Below are positions 7,269-16,936 of a DNA stretch of 64,000 nucleotides, piece by piece. The notes beneath the pieces are model-generated. The model did no database searches, was not told where the DNA came from, and saw nothing but the letters and a program-made list of their open reading frames with translations. This DNA is from an uncultured Eubacterium sp. (GTDB lineage Bacteria > Bacillota > Clostridia > Lachnospirales > Lachnospiraceae), in contig CAJTLS010000015.1 of NCBI GenBank assembly GCA_910577295.1, positions 823 through 64,822 on the forward strand, read 5' to 3'. A program made the position numbers and the translations under genes. The number at the start of each line of letters is the position of its first letter. Within the stretch, counting starts at the first letter, position 1.

Positions 7269-10200
7269 ATGAAGAAGAAAGTAACTGCTATTCTTCTCAT
7301 GATTTCGATGTTGTTGATTATGGGAAATGGATATGGAATGGGCTCCGTAAAAAGGACAGAGGCTGCCGGCACTACACTGGGAAATGAAAACGGATTCTTA
7401 TTAGCGGATAAGAACAAAACAGCTACTGTTTATGTGGACACGGACAGTGAGGAGGTCAGTACCGATGGCGAGCATAATTATTGTGGGTTAAAAATTATTG
7501 CTGATACTTTTGCTGACGATGTGGCGTCTGTTACGGGAAAGAGCTGTAAGGTAGTGACAGATACCAAAGATATGTCTGGCAATATCATTATTGCGGGAAC
7601 TATCGGACATAATAAGGTGATTGACGCACTGATTGAAAATGATACCATTGATAGTTCCAATCTTTACAAGGATGGAAAACTCAAATGGGATTGTTATCAG
7701 ATTCAGTTTGTGAGCGGGGAAGTATTGGCGAGTGTTGGATATTCCGGCGTAAGTAAAGCGCTTGTTATTACCGGCTCTAACAAAAGAGGCGTCATGTACG
7801 GCTTGTTCCACATCTCCGAGCGCATTGGCGTATCGGCATGGGTTTATATGGCAGACGCCGTACCGCATACATATGGTGCCGTTTATTTGGACAAAACACT
7901 TTTGGAGTTTAATAAACCGGACATGTATCTTGCCAAAGAGCCATCGGTTAAATACCGTGGATTTTTTATCAATGATGAATCCCCGTCGTTTACCGGCTGG
8001 GCTTATAGTAAGTTCGGCGGTCTCAATGAAAAGTGCTATAAAAATGTCCTCGAGCTTCTTATTCGCATGAAAGCAAACTATCTGTGGCCGGCAATGTGGG
8101 GGAATAGTTTTTCTGATGAGGGAAAAGAATTTAAACTTGCCAATGTCGTACTGGCAGATGCCTATGGCGTATGTATGGGAACTTCCCATCATGAAGCGTG
8201 CTGTCGGGCCGGTATTGAGTGGCAAAAAATATATAAAAAGTATGGTACAAGCAATGAGTGGAATTATGATACGAATAGTGAGGCAATTTATAAATTCTGG
8301 GAGGACGGCATTAAGCGCAACGGTAACTATGAGAGCACAATTACGCTGGGGATGCGTGGAGAAGGAGACAGCGCTCTTGGCGGTAGTGTTCAGCAAAATG
8401 TTGACCGTCTGAAGAGAATTATCACCGACCAACGAAAGATTATGGATGATTACATGGCGGAGAATCCTGATTCCAAAGCAAAGGATGCGCCGAAGGTTTA
8501 TATACCATATAGTGAAAATGAGGAGTTTTTCTATGGAACGGATGACGGGAAAATAAAAGGGCTTAACGTGTGGGAAGGTATGGATGACGTAACGGTCATA
8601 CTTACGGATGATAATTACGGCAATCTCCGCTCTATTCCGGAAGAAAAGATTCGAAACAGAAAAGCCGGCTGGGGACTGTATTATCATCTGGACGGACACG
8701 TAGGTACTGGCGCTTATGAGTGGGTAAGCTCTACCCAGTTAGAACATATCTGGGACCAGTTGACAATGGCGTATGATTATAATATAAGAGATATCTGGGT
8801 CGTTAATGTCGGGGATATCAAGCCGTTGGAAATGGAGCTGAACTATGCGATGGATCTTGCCTATGATATGGATAAGTGGGGCAGGGAGAATACGGCGGAG
8901 GAGTATCGTAAAACTTGGCTTCAAAACCAGTTGGGCGGCAGCGCCAACTGCAATGACAAAGCGGCAGAGGAGGCAGCGGAGTGTTTTGCCAATTTCCTTA
9001 AAATAAGTACTTATCGTAAACCGGAGTATGTAAAATCATCACTGTACAGTAATGAAAATTACAATGAGGCGCAAAGAGTACTTGCCCTGTGTGAGGAAAC
9101 GATAAAACAGGCAAATGATTGTTATAACAAGTATTTTAAGGGGAGCAAATGGGACGATGCTTACTACCAGCTCGTATACTATCAGGCAGTGGCAACGGCG
9201 AATGTTACGGAAATGCAAATATTTAAGTCGCTTCATGATTTGTATGGGAAACAAAAGAGTTCTCTGGCTAATGTATATGCCGGATTAATTGATAAGTGTG
9301 TGGCATACGATAAGGAATTAACGAATTATTATAATAAAACGATGTCGGGTGGCAAGTGGAAGAAAATGATGTCGTCTCCGCACGTAGGGTTTGTCACATG
9401 GAATTCAGACGGCTGGAGTTATCCGAAAGCGGCGCCGGTAACATTGGAAAACGGTAAAAAAATGCTGGTGTCACCGGATGGGGATAAAAACGCTTACCAG
9501 ACGGGAAGCGCGGTGCTTCCTGCCTTTGCGGATACCGTCAGGGAACGGCATTGCGTTACCATGGGCAACGGCGGCAATGAGGAATATTCCTATACGGTAG
9601 AGAGTCCGGAGGATTGGATACAGATTACTGATAAAAACGGCGACAGGAAGATAAGCGGCGGCACTGTTAAGACAGCAGAATACTTTTATGTATCCGTTGA
9701 CTGGGATAAGGTAAAGGAAAATAAAACCGGCACGGTAATTATTAAGGGCAATGGTCAAGAGGTTACGCTAACTGTCTCCGCTGTGTGTACAGCGTTTCGG
9801 GATACTGTGCCAAAGACACATGTGGAGAGCAACGACGTAGTAACCATTGACGCCAATGAATACGTGAATAATGTAAGTGTGGAGGGGGTTACATGGAAAG
9901 AAATTAAGGGATATGGAAGATATAAGAGCGCCATGAAGATGCTTCCCTCTACAGTGTCATTTACAAAACCTACGGGAAAAACGCATACAGTTAAGGTAGG
10001 GAATAATATAAGAACGGTAACGGAGTATGAGGAAAACTCGAATGCTCCATATCTGGAATATCAGTTTTATATAGACGAGGATGACGATTACATATTTACC
10101 TTATATACAACGACAACAAATAACATATTTAAACCGTCTGACTGGGGATATGTGCCGGTAGAACTCTTTTACGGAATAGCAGTAGACAGCGGGCGCATAC

Positions 10201-10907
10201 AGAATATTAATTCCCTTCCTGACGGCAAATATATTTCCTATGCCGCAGATGGAGATAATAAATGGAAGAACGGAATTATGGATAATATTCATATTTCTAC
10301 CTCTTCGGAGACATTGGAAAAAGGCGTGCATACAGTTCGGATATATGGCATGCATGCCGGACTTGGAGTAGAACGTCTTGTCATCAGCAACAAAAAAATC
10401 AAATCCAGTTATCTGGGGCCGGATAAGACTTATTACATAGTGGATAGTAATAGTACGCCGAAACAAAAGGCGGGGCTTCATTACGAGGCGTTTGCGCCGG
10501 AAGAAGGAAATACTCAGCCGGTACCGACTGTTTCACCGTCGCCAAATGATCCGAATGCTGGAAATAACGGAAATAATGTGGTGACACCTCCGAAAACCGT
10601 TAAGGAGGATAATACCGTATCGGCAAAGGCAAAAATAGTGAAAGGAAAAACATATACCTATAAAAAGAATAAATATAAGGTTACAAAATTAACGAAAAAG
10701 GGCGGAAATGTCAAGTATATGTTGCCGGTTAAAAAATCGGTAAAGAGTATAAAAATACCTGCGAAGATTAAGCTCAAAGGAAAGACTTTTAAGGTGACGG
10801 CGATTCACAAAAAAGCCTTTAAAAAGTGCAAGAAACTGAAAAAAATAACAACTTCTAAGGCATTGAGAAGGAAATACAAAAAGCTGATAAGAAAAAGTAT
10901 TCGATAA
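7269..10907 (+). CDS. Secreted glycoside hydrolase family 115-like (alpha-glucuronidase type) with a Pro-rich linker and a lysine-rich C-terminal module
   Basis: KYRGFFINDE, YLWPAMWGN and MGTSHHE motifs. Signal peptide MKKKVTAILLMISMLLIMG. The linker PVPTVSPSPNDPN precedes a K-rich tail. Confidence 0.8.
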   Translation: MKKKVTAILLMISMLLIMGNGYGMGSVKRTEAAGTTLGNENGFLLADKNKTATVYVDTDSEEVSTDGEHNYCGLKIIADTFADDVASVTGKSCKVVTDTKDMSGNIIIAGTIGHNKVIDALIENDTIDSSNLYKDGKLKWDCYQIQFVSGEVLASVGYSGVSKALVITGSNKRGVMYGLFHISERIGVSAWVYMADAVPHTYGAVYLDKTLLEFNKPDMYLAKEPSVKYRGFFINDESPSFTGWAYSKFGGLNEKCYKNVLELLIRMKANYLWPAMWGNSFSDEGKEFKLANVVLADAYGVCMGTSHHEACCRAGIEWQKIYKKYGTSNEWNYDTNSEAIYKFWEDGIKRNGNYESTITLGMRGEGDSALGGSVQQNVDRLKRIITDQRKIMDDYMAENPDSKAKDAPKVYIPYSENEEFFYGTDDGKIKGLNVWEGMDDVTVILTDDNYGNLRSIPEEKIRNRKAGWGLYYHLDGHVGTGAYEWVSSTQLEHIWDQLTMAYDYNIRDIWVVNVGDIKPLEMELNYAMDLAYDMDKWGRENTAEEYRKTWLQNQLGGSANCNDKAAEEAAECFANFLKISTYRKPEYVKSSLYSNENYNEAQRVLALCEETIKQANDCYNKYFKGSKWDDAYYQLVYYQAVATANVTEMQIFKSLHDLYGKQKSSLANVYAGLIDKCVAYDKELTNYYNKTMSGGKWKKMMSSPHVGFVTWNSDGWSYPKAAPVTLENGKKMLVSPDGDKNAYQTGSAVLPAFADTVRERHCVTMGNGGNEEYSYTVESPEDWIQITDKNGDRKISGGTVKTAEYFYVSVDWDKVKENKTGTVIIKGNGQEVTLTVSAVCTAFRDTVPKTHVESNDVVTIDANEYVNNVSVEGVTWKEIKGYGRYKSAMKMLPSTVSFTKPTGKTHTVKVGNNIRTVTEYEENSNAPYLEYQFYIDEDDDYIFTLYTTTTNNIFKPSDWGYVPVELFYGIAVDSGRIQNINSLPDGKYISYAADGDNKWKNGIMDNIHISTSSETLEKGVHTVRIYGMHAGLGVERLVISNKKIKSSYLGPDKTYYIVDSNSTPKQKAGLHYEAFAPEEGNTQPVPTVSPSPNDPNAGNNGNNVVTPPKTVKEDNTVSAKAKIVKGKTYTYKKNKYKVTKLTKKGGNVKYMLPVKKSVKSIKIPAKIKLKGKTFKVTAIHKKAFKKCKKLKKITTSKALRRKYKKLIRKSIR

Positions 10908-11387
10908 CCCCTTTTGATAGCCGTTGTCAGGCTAAGGGAAAAAGTTGCTAAAGAGGAGGGAACTAGGTATTTATGATGACAGGAATGAATTGGAAACTTT
11001 TCTGTTATCTGTTACCGGCACATCAGGTACGGTTTTTGCGGCAACAAACATGGTGTTTAACGCAAAATACACGTTACGCGTACGGATATTGAGGATGCCA
11101 AGAGGCATGTTGTAAATGTAGCGGATGGTTTAGATGCTGGTATCACCGTGGTATGTTATCGGGGAAAACGGAGACATTTGGAGTAGATACGCAGCTCTTG
11201 GGTGATAATCTTGGTGTGCGGATTACGAATGCTTCACGCAAAAAAATGTAATCGCAATTTGGGCAGCCTATGATGCCTCAGATGCAATGGGCGGTTAATG
11301 ACTATAAATCTTTGTTGTTCTTATGGGATAAGGAAACACTTAATCCATATTCATCGGAAATTCCGATTAAGTAAAATTGTCTGACAC

Positions 11388-11425
11388 AGGGGAGGCTGTA
11401 GCGCATGTGCATTATAGCCTCCCCT
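11388..11425 (+). terminator. Terminator-like hairpin ending a decayed region
   Basis: AGGGGAGGCT / AGCCTCCCCT stem. Confidence 0.4.
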
Positions 11426-11552
11426 TATTAGATGTAGAGTTGTCTTTTATTGCTATATTTTGCAGAATGCCTATTTATTAATTGCAATTTGCTATCAAAA
11501 GTGCTACAGTATTCATGTCAAAATATATGGTAACCAGATGGAGGCGGTTGAA

Positions 11553-11723
11553 ATGGGACAGTCTACAATTAGTGTACGCTTGGATGATACCATTAAAAAA
11601 CAGTTTGACAGCCTGCGAGCAGAGTTTGGAATATCTGCGTCCACAGCTTTTAACATTTATGCACGGATAGTTGTAAGGCAGAAAAAATCCCTTTTAGAGA
11701 GCTACAAAGCCGGAACCGCTTAG
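11553..11723 (+). CDS. RelB/DinJ family antitoxin, orphan and possibly C-terminally altered
   Basis: MGQSTISVRLDDTIKKQFDSLRAEFGISASTAFNIYARIVVRQKK is the DinJ ribbon-helix-helix pattern. No toxin ORF follows. Confidence 0.55.
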   Translation: MGQSTISVRLDDTIKKQFDSLRAEFGISASTAFNIYARIVVRQKKSLLESYKAGTA

Positions 11724-11809
11724 GGAATTCAGTGTGGATGAACGAGGTGTAAACGTATACCAGAGTAAGGAACATTATGACGATAAATAACCTATAAGGA
11801 GTTCAGGCG

Positions 11810-12535
11810 GTGATAAAGATGCTTTCGGTAGCAGTGTGTGATGACGAAATGTTAGTTTGTTGTAATTTGGCAAAGGACATCAGAGAGATTTTGGGAGAGG
11901 CAGGTATTCCCTTTATTGTGCGCCAGTTTTCAAGCGGCAGGGACTTGATAAATGCTATAGAGAATTTTGATATTATTTTTCTGGACATCATGATGTGTGG
12001 GATGGATGGTATGGAAACGGCACAGTTTTTGAGGGATAAGTCGTTTGACAAAATACTTGTTTTTATATCGGCAAGCAGAGATTATGTTTTCGAAGCATAT
12101 GATGTGGAGGCATTTCAATATTTGGTAAAACCGGTCGGTTATTCCAAATTACAGAGAGTTTTGCATAAGGCGGTAAAAAAGCTGGAAAACCAATCGCAGG
12201 ATTTTATCATTATCCGTCAGGACAGGACAAGGAAAAAGCTGTTATTGAGAGAACTATATTATTTTGAAATTAGGGGTAGAATTATTTCCGCACATAGCGC
12301 GGAAGGTATCTTTGACTATTATGAGCAGATGCGAACTTTGGAAGAAGAACTGATTGGGAAAGGTTTTTTTAGGTGCCACAAGAGTTTTCTTATAAACTTA
12401 AAATATGTAGACAGCTATAACAGGCAGGAAATTTTCCTTGACACCGGAGAAAAGATACCGATAGCAAAAAGAAGATATGAGGCCTTTTGTCAGGAAATTC
12501 TGGAATATATGAAGAAAAGCGGGGACTGTATATGA
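11810..12535 (+). CDS. LytTR family response regulator (REC plus LytTR DNA-binding domain)
   Basis: VAVCDDE...FLDIMMCGMDG receiver motifs and a C-terminal FFRCHKSFLINLKYV LytTR motif. Confidence 0.85.
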   Translation: MIKMLSVAVCDDEMLVCCNLAKDIREILGEAGIPFIVRQFSSGRDLINAIENFDIIFLDIMMCGMDGMETAQFLRDKSFDKILVFISASRDYVFEAYDVEAFQYLVKPVGYSKLQRVLHKAVKKLENQSQDFIIIRQDRTRKKLLLRELYYFEIRGRIISAHSAEGIFDYYEQMRTLEEELIGKGFFRCHKSFLINLKYVDSYNRQEIFLDTGEKIPIAKRRYEAFCQEILEYMKKSGDCI

Positions 12536-13881
12536 GAGGAGATTTAATCGTATTCCTGTTTTTCTATATGGGATACATATTATCGCTATGTAAGTTTTGC
12601 GAAAAATATTTGAATCGCTTTCAAATGAATAAAAAGATTTTTATTATTCTTTTGCTTGTAATGGAAATAGGAGTTAATTTTGATGGGGGCGCTGGCGCGC
12701 CTTATATTTTGCGGGCAATGATAAGCCACATATTATTTGTCAGTTTATTTTTTATTGCCTTTTCTGATTATGTAATGAAAAAAGTCTTTGTGGCAATGAT
12801 TGTAATTGCCACAAAGACTTTTGTGTGGAACTTCGGGTGCTCCCTTTTTTCCTGCATTGCGTTGATTTGTAGCGATTTATTTGCGGGTAGACAGGCAGCG
12901 TACATGGATTTGTGGCTGGACGTTATAATTGGAGCGGTCGCTTATTTTCCGGTTATTCTAGTACAAAACTGTTTGCGGAAAAGACTGGATTCCGTATTGG
13001 AATCTAAAATAAGAAGTTGGTATCTTATGACGTCTGCCTTTCTTATAGGAATTGTTGCTGTTGTAGATATTGTGAATTGGGGAGCAAGTAATGGGATTAT
13101 GGTAGTATCAAACGCCGGTGGGACAGCGCAAGGAGATGTTTATTATAATCAGATTTTTAGCCACATTTCCATCTGTCTTTTGACGGTTCTGGCAGCTTGT
13201 ATGGCAGGTGGTTTTGTATTTTTTATGAATAAGGTTTATGTCGAGCAGCGGCAGAAAGAGCAGTATAACGCACAAATTGGGTTCTGGCAAATGCTCAACG
13301 AACAACATATGCAGATGGAACGGTTACGGCATGATATGAAAAATCACGTGCTTGCTTTGTACGGCTTATGGGAAAAGAAAGAATTTGATAAGGTGGGAAA
13401 TTATTTGCAAAAGATGATGGAAAAAGGAAATATTGGTTGTGAGGATGAGGTGACAGGTAATCGAGCGGTAGATGCTTTATTGTACAATAAAAGAAAAAAG
13501 GCGGAGGAGCTTTCCGTCCGCTGGATGGCAGATATACAGATTCCTGAAAAATGTATGATTGATGAATTTGACTTATGTGTACTCTTCGGGAATCTTCTTG
13601 ACAATGCGATAAAAGCCTGTGCGGAAATGGCAGATGAGAAATATCGTTTTGTGGAAATTCAGTCGCAGCAGGTAAAGAGATGTCTGCTTCTTGTTATGAA
13701 AAACGGGGCGGCTTTGAAAAATACAAAGGAGATAAGGCAGGGAATCGGGTTTTTCAATGTCAGTGAAACAATAAGAAAATATGATGGCACTGTCAGCATA
13801 AAAGTAGAAAATCAGGTGTTTGAAATTTCTGTTCTTATTCCCATGAATGACAACGGATATAACATGAAAAAGACCGTTTAA
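12532..13881 (+). CDS. AgrC-like (HPK10) multi-pass membrane sensor histidine kinase
   Basis: ATGA overlap with the regulator stop. Multiple N-terminal TM segments, H-box RHDMKNH, and N-box FGNLLDNAIKA. Confidence 0.8.
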   Translation: MRGDLIVFLFFYMGYILSLCKFCEKYLNRFQMNKKIFIILLLVMEIGVNFDGGAGAPYILRAMISHILFVSLFFIAFSDYVMKKVFVAMIVIATKTFVWNFGCSLFSCIALICSDLFAGRQAAYMDLWLDVIIGAVAYFPVILVQNCLRKRLDSVLESKIRSWYLMTSAFLIGIVAVVDIVNWGASNGIMVVSNAGGTAQGDVYYNQIFSHISICLLTVLAACMAGGFVFFMNKVYVEQRQKEQYNAQIGFWQMLNEQHMQMERLRHDMKNHVLALYGLWEKKEFDKVGNYLQKMMEKGNIGCEDEVTGNRAVDALLYNKRKKAEELSVRWMADIQIPEKCMIDEFDLCVLFGNLLDNAIKACAEMADEKYRFVEIQSQQVKRCLLLVMKNGAALKNTKEIRQGIGFFNVSETIRKYDGTVSIKVENQVFEISVLIPMNDNGYNMKKTV

Positions 13882-13964
13882 TACGAAAATCTAAATCCGG
13901 ATACTCCGTCTGACGAAAAAGAAAATGAAAAGCTGCAATAGCAAAAAATTAATGGACGGAGGTA

Positions 13965-13988
13965 GTGTGAAAAATAAATTTTTCACAC
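13965..13988 (+). terminator. Hairpin after the kinase gene
   Basis: GTGTGAAAAAT / ATTTTTCACAC stem. Confidence 0.4.
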
Positions 13989-13989
13989 G

Positions 13990-14027
13990 GCAACTTTGTG
14001 TCTGCGCGCTGCTTGACACAAAGTTGC
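13990..14027. promoter_or_regulatory. Perfect 13-bp inverted repeat with a 12-bp spacer (candidate operator)
   Basis: GCAACTTTGTGTC (13990-14002) and GACACAAAGTTGC (14015-14027), 34 nt upstream of the ATG at 14061. Confidence 0.4.
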
Positions 14028-14060
14028 TTATGGCAAAAAGCAACGCAGAATGGAGGTACC

Positions 14061-14501
14061 ATGCATACAAAGACAATGGAAGGTTTAATTGGCGCGAAAA
14101 CAAATATCAACCACGTAAATACGCCGCTGCGGGTTTATAAGGAGGCTGAGCGCAGGGGTGATATCGGTACGATGGAGCGTGCCATGGGGTATGTTGGCGA
14201 TTTTTCAAAAAAGGCAGGGCAATATCAGGAAGAAACGGACGACGGTCTGAAAGAAGACGCAAAGGAAGCAAAAGAAAAAGAGAAACTGGAGCGTGAAAAG
14301 GCAATTGCAAAGCGCAGAAATGAACGTCAAGAAGCAGAAGAGAGAATGGAAGAAGATAAAGTGGCAAATACGGATACGGTAGAAATCAGCGACGAAGGGA
14401 AACGGTTGTTGAGAGAGGTCGGGATTCCGGTTGAAACAATGTGTGCGGAGATGGAAAAGCCGGATACGGGCAAAGAGATATTCGGAGTGGAAACACTGTA
14501 G
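14061..14501 (+). CDS. Hypothetical E/K-rich (coiled-coil-like) protein
   Basis: GGAGG SD plus ATG at 14061. Highly charged EAKEKEKLEREKAIAKRRNERQEAEERMEE segment. Confidence 0.5.
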   Translation: MHTKTMEGLIGAKTNINHVNTPLRVYKEAERRGDIGTMERAMGYVGDFSKKAGQYQEETDDGLKEDAKEAKEKEKLEREKAIAKRRNERQEAEERMEEDKVANTDTVEISDEGKRLLREVGIPVETMCAEMEKPDTGKEIFGVETL

Positions 14502-14557
14502 AGTGTTCTGCCAGAAGAAATGGACGTGCGGACTTTTATACGGGAAAGGAAAGAGGT

Positions 14558-16936
14558 TTGAAACAGGATAAGATTATTATCAAGGGAGCTTGTATTCATA
14601 ATTTGAAAGGGATTGATGTGACGATTCCCAAACAGAAACTTACCGTGATTACAGGGGTATCCGGCAGCGGTAAGTCGAGTCTTGCTTTTGATACCCTTTA
14701 TGAGGAGGGAAAGCGCCGGTATTTATTATTTTCAGGTACACAGTTTATGATAGACAGTGCCCCTTCTTTTGATGCAATCACCGGATTGTCGCCAACGGTA
14801 GCAGTCGAGCAGCGCACGATTCGTCAGGCGAATCCGCGGAGTACGGTTGGAACAAGGATGAAACTGAGTCCCATGCTGGCGGCATTATATGCCAATTATG
14901 GCAGACGTGACGAGAAATATGACGATGGGCTGCCGCTTGATGTTTCCATGTTTCAGAGAAATTCCGCAAAAGGTATGTGTGTCCGTTGTCTGGGGAAAGG
15001 AGTTGCGCATTTCTTAGATGAGGTTTCGCTGTTTGCGGACAAAGAGCAGAAGATTGTTGAGATAGCATGCGGGTTGGGAAAGCGGGCTGACACAAAGAAA
15101 CTGCTTGCGCCATTTTGTGAAAAGTATGGGATTGATATGTGGAATGACCGGATTTGCGATTTAACGAAAGAACAATTGCAATTCATAAAATATGGCGATG
15201 GCGGAAAATCGAAATTTTGCGGCTTTATTCCATGGATTACCATGCTGGCAAATGGAGTTCTTTCTACTTCAGGACGGATGGCGCACCTGCTTACGCAGGC
15301 GGGAATGATGAAAAAATGCGAATGCCCGAAATGCAATGGAACCGGACTGGGAGAGCAGGCATCGCATACATATTTTTGTGGAAAGACGATTGTGGAATTG
15401 GAAGATATGTACATCGGGGATTTGTATGAATTTTTAGCGTTACATGAGGAAAAGAATGCTTTGTTGCAGGAAATTACAGGCAGACTGGCATGTATGATAG
15501 AGGTGGGACTTCAGCATTTGGCGCTTTCCCGACCGTTGCCAACCTTGTCAGGGGGAGAAATACAGCGGCTCTTTTTGGCCGTGTATACGGTATCACAAAT
15601 GGACTCAATTATTTTTGTATTTGATGAGCCTACGATTGGACTGCACGAGTCGGAAAAGGAGAATCTCATACGCATTTTGCGCAAATTGGTGAATCAGGGT
15701 AACACGGTAGTTGTGGTCGAACATGATGAAAATTTTATGCGGGAAGCGGACTATCTCATTGAAATCGGCCCTGAAGCGGGAAGCAATGGCGGCCGGAAAG
15801 TTTTTGAGGGAGCATACGAAAAATTTTTGGAGTGCAATCAATCAAAAACAGCTCCCTATTTGTGTGGGACATCACTTCCGGTTAAGACATTATTTCGACC
15901 GCTGAAAGAACAAAAGTTATTGATTGAGAATGCGAGTGTACACAATTTGAAACATATAACGGCAGAAATCCCGCTTGGCGTCATGGTAGGTATCGCAGGG
16001 GTGTCGGGGAGCGGAAAGTCCAGTCTGATTCTGGATACGCTTGTTCCGCTGCTGAAAAGCTATTTGAAAAAGAATTGCATAATGGAGGAAGAAGAGGGAG
16101 TTCAGACATTCGGGACAGGAGAAGCGGTATTGCGCGGAGCAGAACAATTAAAGAAATGTTATGTTATCGGACAGATGCCGATTGGCCGCAGTCGGACATC
16201 GTGTCCGGCAACCTATACAGGAATTTTTGAGCGAATCCGTGACTTGTTTGCAGAAACAGAAGAGGCAAAAGCGCGCGGATATGGTGCTGGCATGTTTTCC
16301 CGAAACAGTCATGGCCGTTGTCTGAAATGCAGCGGCGACGGTGTCGTTCATTATCATGTAGGTTTTGGTAACTTTATTGATGTCGACTGCGAGGAATGTA
16401 ATGGCACGGGATATGTACAGGAAGCGCTGCAAATTAAGCTGGACGGAAAGAATATATGCAAGATTTTGGACATGAGTGTGGATGAGGCATATGATTTCTT
16501 TCGTGACAAAGAGGATGCTATTTGTCGGGTGCTGGAAATTCTGCAGAGGGTAGGGATGGGATATATAAAGCTGGGGCAGGCAACGCCGACGATTTCGGGT
16601 GGGGAGAGTCAGCGGATTAAGCTGGCAAAGGAGCTGGCGAAAGGAAAAATCTCGAAAGGGAAAGGGATGGAGGGCATACTTTACATACTGGATGAACCAA
16701 CGACGGGGCTGTCATTTTCCGATGAGGAAAAACTGCTGCTCCTTTTGAACGAGCTGGTTGAACTAGGGGCCTCTATCATTGTAACGGAACATGACCCTTT
16801 CATTTTATCCAATTGCGACTACATACTGGAAATGGGTGAGGGCGGCGGTAGTGATGGCGGTCGTCTGATTGCAAATGGTACACCTGCGGAATTGAAACAG
16901 AACAAAGATTCAATGATTGGAGCGTATTTGAAATGA
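14558..16936 (+). CDS. UvrA-like ABC ATPase paralogue lacking the UvrB-binding region
   Basis: Two Walker A sites (GVSGSGKSSL twice), ABC signatures LSGGEIQRL and ISGGESQRIKLA, and zinc-finger Cys pairs. It is about 792 aa versus about 940 aa for canonical UvrA. TTG start after an SD. Confidence 0.8.
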   Translation: MKQDKIIIKGACIHNLKGIDVTIPKQKLTVITGVSGSGKSSLAFDTLYEEGKRRYLLFSGTQFMIDSAPSFDAITGLSPTVAVEQRTIRQANPRSTVGTRMKLSPMLAALYANYGRRDEKYDDGLPLDVSMFQRNSAKGMCVRCLGKGVAHFLDEVSLFADKEQKIVEIACGLGKRADTKKLLAPFCEKYGIDMWNDRICDLTKEQLQFIKYGDGGKSKFCGFIPWITMLANGVLSTSGRMAHLLTQAGMMKKCECPKCNGTGLGEQASHTYFCGKTIVELEDMYIGDLYEFLALHEEKNALLQEITGRLACMIEVGLQHLALSRPLPTLSGGEIQRLFLAVYTVSQMDSIIFVFDEPTIGLHESEKENLIRILRKLVNQGNTVVVVEHDENFMREADYLIEIGPEAGSNGGRKVFEGAYEKFLECNQSKTAPYLCGTSLPVKTLFRPLKEQKLLIENASVHNLKHITAEIPLGVMVGIAGVSGSGKSSLILDTLVPLLKSYLKKNCIMEEEEGVQTFGTGEAVLRGAEQLKKCYVIGQMPIGRSRTSCPATYTGIFERIRDLFAETEEAKARGYGAGMFSRNSHGRCLKCSGDGVVHYHVGFGNFIDVDCEECNGTGYVQEALQIKLDGKNICKILDMSVDEAYDFFRDKEDAICRVLEILQRVGMGYIKLGQATPTISGGESQRIKLAKELAKGKISKGKGMEGILYILDEPTTGLSFSDEEKLLLLLNELVELGASIIVTEHDPFILSNCDYILEMGEGGGSDGGRLIANGTPAELKQNKDSMIGAYLK

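Noticed and set aside
7488-8699. 403-aa ORF antisense to the GH115 gene
   Set aside because: It lies entirely inside, and opposite to, a gene with clear GH115 motifs. Its translation is Ile/Phe/Arg-rich with no motif and no SD. It is a typical shadow ORF.
14441-14557. N-terminal extension of the UvrA-like ORF overlapping the preceding gene
   Set aside because: The extension overlaps 14061-14501 and translates to an Arg/Gly-rich stretch. A TTG at 14558 with an SD gives the canonical UvrA N-terminus (KIIIKGA..HNLK).
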